A stretch of 64,000 bases of DNA from Dipteris shenzhenensis (lineage: Eukaryota): NCBI GenBank assembly GCA_047967505.1, contig CM106538.1. One strand, written 5' to 3'. Position 1 is the stretch's first letter. The number at the start of each line of letters is the position of its first letter. The notes under the pieces were generated by a model. That model saw nothing but the letters and a program-made list of their open reading frames with translations, was not told where the DNA came from and ran no database searches. Below, in pieces: positions 14,278 through 26,129 of this stretch. The position numbers and the translations under genes are program-made.

Positions 14278-15350
14278 TGCATTCATATCTATCTACCAAC
14301 CACTGATATTTTGGATCTTGCTCTTTGAGATGCTCAATGGAGGCCAAGTCTCACCTTAGAGTCCTCTCCCATGCTTGTAAAAGCCATCGCCAATGCAATG
14401 CCTGGGATTACAACTCCTCACTATTCCTCTAAATCACATCCATTGTCCATGTAGCCCATCCTTCCTTTTGGCTATCAATCGAGTGCCCAAAATCTCTATC
14501 ACCACTCATGCTACTTGGAAGCATGGAGAACTCTGCTTCTCTCTAAGGGCATTTGCTGATGTATATCGTAAAGATGAAATGCTCCCAAGTACTCTCTACC
14601 TTCAACATCTTTGCAAAGGACACATCCCCTATTTTTCCTCCCCATGCTGTAGATTCTTGAAGTCTCCTCCAACAATCCCAGAGTCTATATCTAGGTGACT
14701 CTCTGTCAGCTATCTCTAGAAAGTAGGGCGCTTCTATCTACATGCCGGGGCATAGATATTCAAGATGCCTATCATTGAGTCCCCACCCTTAATCCCCATC
14801 CATACTGCCCTCCCTATAATAACCTCTCTCTGTTAAAAAACATCCATAGACATTGCCTAAGAAACGGAGATGCAAACTCCCCCACTCCTACCTACTATAG
14901 AAGACGCCTTTAGGCCTCTCCCTGGCAAAAGATGATGATGCCTTTTGATGCGTGGTGTTGAGAGAATATGGTCTTGAGTCAAAAGAAAATCCCCACTGAT
15001 CTCCCAACCATTACCCTCTGAATCTCCTGGCAAAGGATCTCATATTATAGCTGCTTAGCATGCACCATTGTGGAGCCCATGCACGTTCCAACTCACTACT
15101 AGTGTCCAGCTCATGAAGAAGAAACTTAAGGAAAGAGAGCTCTCTTGTGAGTAGGAGCCTACTTTGTTGTATGTGATCTCGTCTAGGAATCCAAGATCTC
15201 CTCTGCAATCTCTTTGTTGTAGACATCCTTCCATGGCAGCTGAGCAAACTTCAGTAGACGCTTGGACTCCAAAATGCCTTTGAGTACGCCATTGGAGAAA
15301 TCTATGACTGGGTGTGGGGGTAGATGCAAGAACTGTGTTTCAAGCCTGAT
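14278..15350 (-). mobile_element. degenerate LINE ORF2, AP-endonuclease part (probable continuation of 5249-6888)
   Basis: Minus-strand GRSGGVCI (~14870-14895), MIGILNIYAP (~14747-14776) and GGDFK (~14657-14672). Confidence 0.65.
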
Positions 15351-15354
15351 CCTC

Positions 15355-17019
15355 CATCTACTGTTACACATGGTATAGTTCGCTTCTTAATTTTGATAGT
15401 GATGACTGGAATAGATGCCGCCTATCGAAATGACTACATCTTGTAGCATGCCTTTGGGATCAACTGGACGTTGAGTCTGCCATATGTACTCAAAATGGCA
15501 ATGGATTATATGATTTGAATTTCAGCCTTTGTGCAATTTTTTCAAAAATTATATTCAAGCTTGATCCTCCATCCACTATTACACCTGGTATAGTTCGCTT
15601 CTTAATTTTGATAGTGATGAATGGAACTTACTCATCAACTATTGGAGTATCAATCCTAGGCATAGTGGCTAAGGACTACACTTCCTTTGGCCGTTCGGAT
15701 GAATCCTTGATTTGTTGAGCAAAGAAGTCACGACAACATGAGGCTGTTCGCATTAGCTCTGCAAAAGTCTGACTAACTTGCATGTTCTTGAATGTTTTCC
15801 ATGCCATGGCTAGCTCAGTGCTAGTCTCCTATGGCATATCTGATTTTGCTTTCTTAGAGCTAGATTTCAAAAATTCTCCCTGCTCAGTAAGAAAGTGCTG
15901 GAACTGCTTGGGCATCTGAATTGCTGGAGTTTTCCCTTTTGCAATCTTAGCCATGCCAACTGCTTCTATGCCTTCCAATTGATGTCTTTACACCAAGCAT
16001 TAGTGCTCTTCATCTGTTGTTGCACCATTGATGTGGCGAACATGTAGGAAACTCTACAGATGACTGTAAGGATCTTCATCATCTGTGCCTTTGAAAAATT
16101 GGAACTTTACCTTGATGTTGGAGCTGGACTTAAACTTTTTAGCTCCAAAACTCGAGTAAGCAGGTCTATCGCTCGGAAGAACCGACTTGCTAACTCCTCC
16201 CCTCTCATAGTCACCTTCATAGTTGTGAGGTCACTATAGTCTCCTCCTAGCTTGGTTGGTGGTACTGTCTTCAGGCCTCAAGAGTACAACTTGATGTATA
16301 CCTATTGTCCGTATAGTATCTCTATGTATTGTGAGAGGAACTTGGGCAAACTGACTTAGCTATTCCTCATTTACCTTAGACCTATGGTGGCATCTCTCTC
16401 CACCACCATGAGAAACACGTCTGTCTTCATGACAATGTATTCTTTGTTCATCATCTGTAGCCGGTCTTTTGGTTTCGTACCTTTCTTGACACATTTCTTC
16501 TGGGATGATAGCCGATTATCACCGAAGACATTCTCATCACTTTTTGAGTTGGTCTTCGTGTTTATTTTGTTGTTCTACCGAGGAGATGGCCATTTGTTCA
16601 AAATCCAAACTCTCCATAGATGAGTGCTTGGATTCTATTTGCCATGATGGGCCTTCACCCCCGCCAACGTTCTGGGATGCCTCGACCCAACACCATTGTT
16701 CTGACCTTTTGGATTTGCATAGTAGTCAACTTCCACCCCTGGGGTAGCATATCCGAGTCTCTCTTTTTGTGCTCATCACTCCTGTTGGACAGTTTCTTCT
16801 GCCAGCCTCCTTTGGGCATTGAACTTTGACTCCAAGACTTCTCCACTTGCATACTCAGATGTAGACACTGCCTCTGGCTTAGATACTCTTCACATTTGGC
16901 TGCGTATCTTCTTCATCTTTCGCAGTGTGTGTTAGCCATTGTTTAAGTCATAAAGTAGTCAAAGAGCAATCTGAGTACTTTTTGTGTTCTAGACCTTGGT
17001 CTTCAAGCACACTACCAAT
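15355..17019 (-). mobile_element. deleted Ty3/gypsy-like relic (gag and protease fragments)
   Basis: Minus-strand FKGTDDEDPYSHL (~16060-16100, gag N-terminus-like) and IKKRTIPGVIVDGGSSLNII (~15550-15610, aspartic protease), the latter partly duplicated at ~15355-15410. Confidence 0.6.
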
Positions 17020-18900
17020 TGATGCCACTGGTTTGGAGTTACTTGAATGAATTTCCTATAGTAGCTCACCATAGCTCCTAACAACTATTTCACTTCGTCC
17101 TGGGCTAACATGAACTCTTCTTGATATACCACCACTAATAGAAAGTCATGATCAATGATTTTCTCTTTCAAACAATTAAAATGGTTGGCTTTGATGTGCT
17201 ACAATTGATATTGAAGATAGGATGCAAATAGAATGTGAGCTACTACAAATTATGGTGATTAAATAGTCTAAAACAAGTGCAATAAGTGTAGCTCCCAAAA
17301 ATGATATACTAATGAACCCATCAAGAAACTAGCAAAGTGGGTGTCAATTGAAATAAGTAGCATATCTATGGATGTGAGTGAATTGGTAAAAAAGAAATGT
17401 TAGTTTGGGGAAAGCATATCTGGCATGTTAATTTTGTAGCGAGTCTATAATGTGGTGTTTTTCTAAGAATGGTGGCAATGCTTTGAGGGAAATGATGATT
17501 GTAGTTAGGGTTTGGATGTCCATTTATTTTGTGAGGTTTGCATAAACATATTTAAATAACATGTTATGTTTCTTAATATAAATAGAAATGTTTGGGTTTG
17601 GGAAGGCAAGAGAGAGTACATATCAATTATTCACTTTTTCTAGAGGTTTGGAGAATATAGAAGGTGGTGTTGTGTATACTCCTAGTGCAAATGGATATTT
17701 TGGAGAGTACTCTAATAAATGGAGCCAAGAAGCCTTAAAAAATACTGTTTAAATTTGGGAAGCTTAGAGGGAGTATACACAACTTACACACTTATGGGTC
17801 TAATGGCGAGATGCATTGTCCATTATGTGATCCTATTAGGATGTCAACTTTGATGACACATGTGTCAAATGCCTTGCATACGAAACATGCTCTAGTCAAG
17901 ATGATAGTTTCAATGGCATGTGCCATGTATATCATTGCATAGAAAACATGTACCATTGCACATTCTTGTGGTGGGGTCATCTTTGGTTTAATCCTTGTTG
18001 TCTCATGGTGGTGGAAAAACTTTGTTCTATTGCTTTTCATGTTCAACTATTTTCTCATGTGATTTAGACCAGTTTCTTCATGTGATGCCATCTTGAAAGT
18101 TGAGTTTGTTTTGTCATGCATAAGAGAGATAAGTCATGGGATAATGGATCTTGAGGGCTAGCAAAAGCATTAATAAGAAATATTTTGGCACTAATTTATG
18201 TGTAAATTCATTAAGAAGCCATAATTACTCACCCTAAAATATTCAAAAATCATTTTTGATATCATGTTGAGTGCATTCATTATTTTGAGGCCCAAAATGT
18301 AGAATCATTGGATGTAGAAGCTTTGTACAATCCTTTTGCACATCCTTTTTGGTGGAGACAATGGGCACATGTTCGGAGATTGAGTTTTGGTGAGTGATTT
18401 GTTGGAAGTGGATGATTTTGGATCTTTGTGGTGATTTCACGGTTTATTAGTTATTGCAATGAGACAAGAGGGTCTCTAGGTGCAAGGATGCCTTTTGTTC
18501 TAGTGTTTCATGGAGATCAAAGGAACAATCCCATGGTTTACTTATGGGCTTCAATAGAGGGCACATAATCAACAATTGGTGCTTAGATCAAAAGCATGGG
18601 ATCTTGCTTGACGTCTCGGAAGGCTTGCTCTTACTTGCTATAATAGGATAGAGGACAAGACCCAAGATCTTAGGGAGAGATTGTCAAGGGATTCTATAGC
18701 ATGCAAGAGGTGGTAGAGGATGTGCTACAATAGCTACAGTAGTTTAAGCAGTAAGGTGGCAAACTAGTGGTCAATATGGATTGTTGTCACATGGATCTTT
18801 TCAATCACTATGTGTAGGTTTGATGATAGATCCATAGATGGATTGGAGCACTAAAGGGTGTGCAAGTTTATGTCAAGAGTGGAACTTGAGTTGAGTGTCA
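17020..18900 (-). repeat. putative long LTR of the gypsy relic
   Basis: Begins tgatg right after a PBS-like cactaccaat and ends gtgtca. Non-coding; no partner LTR seen. Confidence 0.35.
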
Positions 18901-18909
18901 AGACTCTAA

Positions 18910-19533
18910 TAGTGAAGGGATTATTACTCCTTCCTCTTCTTAGTGGTCTTCCATTTTTAGGTTTTTTTGGGGCTCCTTGAAGTATGGCTCATTCCATCCT
19001 GTTTTTTTATTGGAATTTTACCTTAGAAGGGGCTCTAGTGGTCTAATACCTTGTCCTTGCAAGATAAGGTGGCACCCCAGTTCTCCAAGTACACCTCCCC
19101 CCCCCCCCCCCCCCCCAATTAATGTACCCTCCCCCCTTAGCTCTCCTCTATTTTTACCCATTTGCTTTTCCTATTTCACTAGTTAATGCAATTATTTGAA
19201 ATCTATTTTGTAATCCCTTAATATTTCTTAATGACTTCTAGCTTGTTTGATCCATCAAGTAGGCTAAACAACTCCACTACGTGTTTTTTCTTCTTCTTCT
19301 AAAATTTGGGAGGATGAATAGTATGATGGCATGACTACTGGGGCTTCACTACTCTCCCATTCTCAAGTTGTTGTTGCACTTCAGTTACCCCACTAAAATT
19401 TTGTATATTTCTCTAAAAGTGAAGGACTAATAGTCCTTCCTCTTCTTAGTGGTCTTCCCATCTTAGGTTTTTTTGGGGCTCCTTGAAATATGGCTTATGC
19501 CATCCTATTTTTTAACTGGAATTCCACCTTATA
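18910..19533. repeat. dispersed direct repeat, ~120 bp x2
   Basis: agtgaagg...ccttcctcttcttagtggtcttcc...ggaatt..acctta at ~18910-19026 and ~19418-19533. Confidence 0.75.
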
Positions 19534-22239
19534 GTGGTTTACTACAAGATAAGGAAGCTTTCATAGATGGGATCCAATGGGCAAGAGCCTCTCGCATTGT
19601 GCATATGATGTGCATGCATGACATCTTGCAAGATGCATCTGACAAGTATTATTTGTAGACATACTCAACCCTTCTAGCTATGGACATGCTATGTAGGTGT
19701 ATAATTCTCACCAAAAGTGAATGCTTGAGATGAGACACAACATTAGGGGCTATGCATGCAGAGTAAGCGGTGAAGCACAATGTGCTACTGGGTACTAATA
19801 ATAAGATTGATGACGCCACCATAGGTTGTGTGTATGGATCACTGGTGTGCTAGAAGGGTGCCTAAGGTACTCTTCGTGTGGTATTTGGTCTCATGTTAGT
19901 TAACCATCCCTTACACACCCTTCATGGTATTAAGTCACAAATGGAATAACATAGGTAGAGGTTTTGAGTTCACTCTTGTAATGGTTGTAACCCACCAACC
20001 CATGAATTCATGAGACATTCAAAGTTACATTAGCACAACAACACCTCCACCTAGATAGAATTGAAACCTTGTTCATCGATTGACATTTGATATTACTGAT
20101 TATTCCAATTGGTTGCTCACCTTACATTGAATGCATTTTTATGGCCCTCTAGAAATGTTGAATCCTCAGTGGGTGCTTGAGAAACCCATATAATCAAGAA
20201 CATCTAGCATTGCTTCTTACTCTAGCTAGTTGCTCAACCTTACATTCAATGCCTTTTTGGTGCCCTCTAGAAAGGTTGAATTCCCAGGGGGATCTCGAGC
20301 ACCCTTAGAAGTAAGACATTTAGAAGGTGCAAGCCAATTCTGGAGGTATGAAAGGTTCAACGTGAAGCCTTTAAAATGCCAAATCCCAAAATATGAGTCC
20401 ATGGAAAAGCCCAATGCATTGAGCTTGAATGGTAGAGCCTCATTCTTCTAGTGTATGACCTTTCGAGTGCCCTTTATCATCTTATATGGTCTAATTGAAT
20501 GGATAAAAAAGCTTGAACATGGCATAATGTTAGTTGCTTGTTTTGTGCTTGCAATTGCCATGAACCTTTCCTCCCATTCTTTTGCTACCCTTAAATGATT
20601 TTTTTTTCTTAAAAGGAGCATGCAACCCTTTAATCTTGCCAAGATCATCGTTGCATGTAGTTTACTAGCAGATGACTTAGTCAGCCACATGGCATTCCAC
20701 TAGCATAATACGACTCACTTTGCCATATGGCATTCCATAGTAGACGAATTAATTTGGTAGCAATGACTGAGTTAGCCACATAAGCATTCCACTAGGGTAT
20801 TCCACCCGAGTAGAGGGTATTCCATTGGGGGAGACGGGCCAATATGCAAGCAAGTGCCACGGCCCTCCGTTTTTGTGCTACTCATTGACCAAGATTGTAT
20901 AATGAGGGTACAAGGTGGGTGGATGTGGTTAGCTTGAAAAGTGCTATATATTAACCTTGTATTAAAAAAAGTTATCCCCATCAAGTTGTCACCTGATCAG
21001 CACTTGCAAGTTCACACACTTTTACAAATCTTTTTATAGCAAGCTTTTGACCATACCCTTTTCACCACAACATCTGCATCAGATTTGTGGGCTACAAGTT
21101 AAACATTTTTAGATTGAATTTTCACTTTTTCCTGAAGTATCCTAATTCACCAAGTAGAGGATAGTCTTTAGTAGGACATTTTTCCATTGACTCAACTCTT
21201 TGCATAAGACTCGTCTCACCCATTGTCTTAAAGTGTCATAAGTCTCTCTTGAATTGCTCAAGACCTCAAAGTAAGTCCATACTTTTGGCCATAAGAATCT
21301 AAGTTCTTTTTGCCCTACCCCTCCAGGGGTAGGACTTGTTACGATTCAACTTTTTCCAAAGAGAAATTCGATGGCTTGTGTGGGCGGCTTTTTGGGAGCA
21401 TTTTCAGGCGAAATCTGTGGGTGATAGCACTTGTTTCCCATCCCCTTCTCTATCTCTCTTCACTGATTTTAGCAGCAGCACTTGTTTCACATCCCCTTCT
21501 CTACCACCCTTCGCTTTTTGCTTTCTCTAGTCTCAGTCTCACCCCTCTAGGCAGGCCCTATGAATTGCAATTCATCTTTTTGTTTTTTCTGAAAGGAGGG
21601 TTGAAATTGAAAGTGCCAAGAGCGTCTCCATATACGGGGTGATCAAGATAAAAACATAGGACACGAAGATACTCATGTATAGTTTTAGCCACTTTGTCTA
21701 AACTTGCAGTGTTCACGAAAAACCCAGGTTTAGTGTGAGGTGAACGAAAGAATTTTGATTTGGACCTAAAGAAAAAAACATTAGAGGCCACAAAGACGTG
21801 TAGTTATAAAGTATATGAGAACCTCTAAATTTATGAAATGTTAATTCTTTCCAAAAATGTTTTCTATGAACACTCTAAAGGTTGTTTGGATCTTAATCTT
21901 TGGGACAATATTCGCATTTCAATGGAGACGGGAAACCTGGTTTTCCGATCTTACACTTTTCATAGTTGAATGAGGGCAGTCGAAACAGTAACATCAATAA
22001 GGGCGCTCTTGTCTGCAGCCTTTTTGCATTGTTTGTGACCAATCTCAGTCATCAGTCTTACTTTGTCATCATGCGTGGTGCAAATGCAACTTATTCTAGC
22101 TTTTGATGGCAGATATTTTAGCTTTATGAGGAACTCAGGAAGTTTCAGACGCTAATCTCTGCCTGTCTGGCATGCAACATTTTTACTGCCGATACAATTT
22201 CTGATTGCAAGGTCTGCTCGGATTTTTTCCTTTGCCACT

Positions 22240-24552
22240 GTGTGTCGACCGTTTGATCATCAATACGAAAGGGTGGCGCTGTGTGGGGGAACTACACAGG
22301 CTGTCAGGGACTTGAAAAGTTTGTTAAAGAGAAGTGGGATTTCGGAAGCACTCCGGGCCATCCAACGACTGGATGAACGAGGGATTCCAGTTTCAAAGGA
22401 CATCATTCGCAGCTTTCTGCAGGAATGCACTAAAAGAAAGGACCTGACAGCCAGCAGGCAAGTGCATTCTCTTATGGTCATCAGCACACTTGATTCAAAT
22501 CCTTCTTTAAATGACCACCTCATCCGGTTGTATGCTGAGTGTGGGAGCTTACAGGAATCATATCAAATATTTTGCAATGTTTCAAACCCAAGTGTGTTTA
22601 CTTGGAATGCAGTTGTCTCCGCATATTCAAAGCTTGGAGAAGGTGAAAGAGCTCTGGAGTTGTACCATGAAATGAATAAGAGTGGTGTGAGGCCAGATAA
22701 AGTCACCTTCCTAAGCATTTTAAAAGCTTGTAGCAGCACTGAAGCAATAAAAAAGGGTAGGCGGATACATAAGGAGATAATTAGAAATGGACTTGACTCA
22801 GATGTCATGGTGGGGAACACAGTTATTGACATGTATGCCAAATGTGGAAGCCTGTTGGAGGCACAGGAAGTGTTTGATAAGCTGCCAAATCGAACTGTGG
22901 TGTCTTGGGGTGTGATTATTGCAGGGTATGCTATTTGTGGCCATGGACTTCCTGCGCTTGAACTTTTTCAGAAAATGCAACAGGATGGCATAAAGCCAAA
23001 CAAAGTCATTTTTCTGTGTATTTTGAAAGCATGTGGTAACATAGGTGCCATAGACAAGGGCAGGCTGATACATGAACTGATTATCCAAAGTAAACTGGAA
23101 TCTGATGCAGTGCTTGGAAATACTCTCATTGACATGTATGCAAAGTGTGGGTGCCTAGTGGAAGCTCATAATGTCTTTGACAATTTGCAATGTCGAGATG
23201 TTGTCTCATGGGATGCACTTATTACAGGATATGTCAGCCATGGTGATGGTCTGTATGCTCTTAAACTTTATGAGAAAATGGAAAATGAAGGGCTAAAGCC
23301 AAAACGAGTCACTTTTTTGTGCATATTACAAGCATGTAGCAGCATAGAAGCCATAGAGCAGGGCAGACTGACGCATCATCAGGTTATTAAAAGTGGGCTA
23401 GAATTTGATGTTGTTGTCGGAAATGCACTCATTGATATGTATGCCAAATGTGGGGAGCTAGGGGAAGCTTACAAGGTGTTTGAGGTATTGCCAAATCGAG
23501 ATGTGGTATCATGGGGTGCATTAATTACAGGATATTCATTGCATGGGCATGATATTCTCACTATAGAACTTTTCCAAGAAATGCAGGAGGAGGGAATAAA
23601 GCCTAGCAAAGTCACTTTTTTGTGCCTCTTGAAAGTATGTAGCAGCATGGGAGGCATAAAGCTGGGCAGATGGATACATCACCAGATCATGGAGAGTGAT
23701 TTTAGTCTTGACTTGGATGTTGGGAATACCATTGTGGACATGTATGCCAAATGTGGGAGTCTAGAGGAGGCTCTGAAAGTTTTTCATGGATTTCCAAATC
23801 CAGATGTGGTCTCCTGGGCTGTAATGATTGCAGGGTGCTCCTTGCATGGAAACTGTAGCTTGGCTGCACAAGGCTTTAATGGTATGCAACAACAAGGCCT
23901 CAAGCCAGGAGATGTGATATTCACTAGTATGCTTTCTGCCTGCAGCCATTCAGGTTTAGTGGAAGAAGGCTGGCGATACTTTAAGTCTATGATAATAGAC
24001 CATGAGATCACTCCAAGTATTGAACACTACAGCTGCATGGTAGACCTTCTTGGTCGTACAGGGCACTTAAAAGAGGCTGAGCGTTTAATTCAAAATTTAC
24101 CTACTCCCCCAGATATTGTTATGTGGAGATCTTTCCTGGTTAGCTGCCGAATGTACAATAATTTAGAGCTAGCAAGGCACTGCTTAAATCAGATTATTCA
24201 ATTGAACCCCAAAAATGCATCAGGCTATGTGCTTATGTCAAATATCTATGTTGACGCCAACATGTGGGAGGATGCTGAGAAAATACAAGAGATGAGAAAA
24301 TGTGCAGAGGCTTGGAAGAAACCTGGGAGGGCATGGATTGAAGTCGACACAAATATCCACCAGTTCTTTGTTGGAGGTGAAAATCACTCACAATACAATG
24401 AAGTTCATACCAAGTTACAAACATTGAATAGGCGAATGAAAAATAAAGGAGCGGTTCCTCAACTGGAGCTTGTCCTGGAGAAATCTGATGAGTATGAGGA
24501 AGATGCCTTTTGTGGGCATTGGGTGAGTGAGCAAGTCAGTCTTGGCCTGTGA
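22240..24552 (+). CDS. PLS-class pentatricopeptide repeat protein (E/E+ with truncated DYW), probable organellar RNA-editing factor
   Basis: 770 aa open frame with repeated P/L/S motifs (GNTLIDMYAKCG, DVVSW, PDKVTFLSILKAC), E region (HYSCMVDLLGRTG, YVLMSNIY) and PG box KKPGRAWIEV. Ends at EDAFCGH... The true start codon is uncertain. Confidence 0.93.
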   Translation: MCRPFDHQYERVALCGGTTQAVRDLKSLLKRSGISEALRAIQRLDERGIPVSKDIIRSFLQECTKRKDLTASRQVHSLMVISTLDSNPSLNDHLIRLYAECGSLQESYQIFCNVSNPSVFTWNAVVSAYSKLGEGERALELYHEMNKSGVRPDKVTFLSILKACSSTEAIKKGRRIHKEIIRNGLDSDVMVGNTVIDMYAKCGSLLEAQEVFDKLPNRTVVSWGVIIAGYAICGHGLPALELFQKMQQDGIKPNKVIFLCILKACGNIGAIDKGRLIHELIIQSKLESDAVLGNTLIDMYAKCGCLVEAHNVFDNLQCRDVVSWDALITGYVSHGDGLYALKLYEKMENEGLKPKRVTFLCILQACSSIEAIEQGRLTHHQVIKSGLEFDVVVGNALIDMYAKCGELGEAYKVFEVLPNRDVVSWGALITGYSLHGHDILTIELFQEMQEEGIKPSKVTFLCLLKVCSSMGGIKLGRWIHHQIMESDFSLDLDVGNTIVDMYAKCGSLEEALKVFHGFPNPDVVSWAVMIAGCSLHGNCSLAAQGFNGMQQQGLKPGDVIFTSMLSACSHSGLVEEGWRYFKSMIIDHEITPSIEHYSCMVDLLGRTGHLKEAERLIQNLPTPPDIVMWRSFLVSCRMYNNLELARHCLNQIIQLNPKNASGYVLMSNIYVDANMWEDAEKIQEMRKCAEAWKKPGRAWIEVDTNIHQFFVGGENHSQYNEVHTKLQTLNRRMKNKGAVPQLELVLEKSDEYEEDAFCGHWVSEQVSLGL

Positions 24553-24890
24553 CTACATCAGGTGAAACGTCTGTTTAGTATACAGGGGAGCTATCAGCGT
24601 GTACTAATTGACACAATGCCAGTAATGCAATAACTAACTTGGAAAAGCAAGAAATCACCTGGGCATATCTGTGAGATTATGTCTTTCTCTTTGATAGGTT
24701 GCAGCACCATTGAGCTGTATTATTGAGCATTTTTCTAGAGACTTTGTTGAAGGCATAAATAGCGATTACGTTTTCACCCATGCTGGGTGATTTGATTTCA
24801 TTGGACTGATTTTTTTTGCATAGTATGCAGATACGGCACTAGAAATGCAGATTACGTTCACTATTTCAGGAATGGTGGGCTTGTATATTG
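24511..24890 (+). pseudogene. relic DYW deaminase domain at and after the PPR stop
   Basis: Out-of-frame GELSACTN*HNASNAITNLEKQEIT (24585-24659) resembles KNLRVCxDCHxAxKxISxIxxREI. RNADYVHYFRNG (24841-24876) resembles RDxxRFHHFxxG. Confidence 0.75.
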
Positions 24891-25790
24891 CTGAATGTAC
24901 AAGATGCAAAATCTGGTTTCAAGATTGTGGGGTATCGTTTATAGGTATATGCTTCTGCCATATTAGCAGACATGCAAATTTCACCTTGTGAAGTTTTTGT
25001 CCATGTTGCGGCCTGTTGATATTGCGATACATTCTTTCTATCTTAAGTGGTGTGTTGCCCTATCAGCTAGATGGTCTAAGCATTCTTTTGCTTGAATGCT
25101 TGTTTGGGAGAGATTAAAATAAATCTTGTATTCTTCACAAGCAGTTGTAGCTTGAATGAAGAGAATGTGGACTAATTTTTGATTAGCCTTCTCCTTTTGT
25201 GCTAGCCTTTGTCACGGCTGAGTCTGCCATTCACCTCTGAAGTGACAACCATAGGTTTTTCCATACGTTACCATATACATACATCATACGGGTACAAAAG
25301 TATGATCGGAGTATGCAGCGACCCTAATTTTACCCCAAAAAAACTAAGAAAATATACATTGTACACATTTACTTGAGAGAGAGCTACAAAAGTTTCAACT
25401 TTAAACTTTTATTAATTTTGAAGTCATGAATCATGATTCATGGAAGAGTCTAGAGACTGGATTTTGTCATGTGATACGTAGCAATAGACACCAAAACATC
25501 ATGATCAAATCAAAGGTAGCAGGAGTAGATGCTAGAAAAGTGAAGGACCCTATAGGCTGTAGGTACTACACCAAAAATCAAAGGCAAGCTAGAAAACATC
25601 ATTTAACAAACTGAAAAGGCTGCCAAGCTGCCAGCTTGCAGGCTGCCACAGCGAGGAAACAAAACTAAAATGCATCACAACTGATGAGGCTCAAGCCTCA
25701 GGCTGCATCCTCATCCTCATCATCAACAGCATCAGTGCCCTCCTCCTCCTCCTCATCCTCATCATTGTCAATCTCTCTGCCTCGCCATGG

Positions 25791-26114
25791 GAGCTGCTTG
25801 AAGCTGCAGCAATATTCATATTTCTTGTAACAAGAGGGGCTGGTTCGGCTGGAATCTCCTCTTCTCCCTTTGTAGTCTCTTGCAAAGCAAGAAGCCTCTC
25901 AATCATCCTTCTCCTTGATCATCATTTCCAAGGTCACTTCTATCTTCTCCATGGGTGCTGCTTGAAGCTGCAGCAATATTCATATTTCTTGTAACAAGAG
26001 GGGCTGGTCTGGCTGGAATCTCCTCTTCTCCCTCTGTAGTCTCTTGCAAAGCAAGCAGCCTCTCAATCATCCTTCTCCTTGATCATTATTTCCAAAGGTC
26101 ACTTCTATCTTCTC
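25791..26114. repeat. tandem duplication of ~165 bp inside the hAT element
   Basis: gctgcttgaagctgcagcaatattc...cacttctatcttctc occurs at ~25793 and ~25957. Confidence 0.85.
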
Positions 26115-26129
26115 AAATCCCCTTTCCTT

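Noticed and set aside
20226-21330. Possible degraded minus-strand coding sequence upstream of the PPR gene
   Set aside because: Looks like a TE-derived relic, but I recognised no diagnostic motif or termini.
22240-24552. U-to-C (DYW:KP-type) editing factor or a named PPR orthologue
   Set aside because: The box reads KKPGRAWIEV (PG type) and the catalytic region is destroyed; orthology cannot be assigned by eye.
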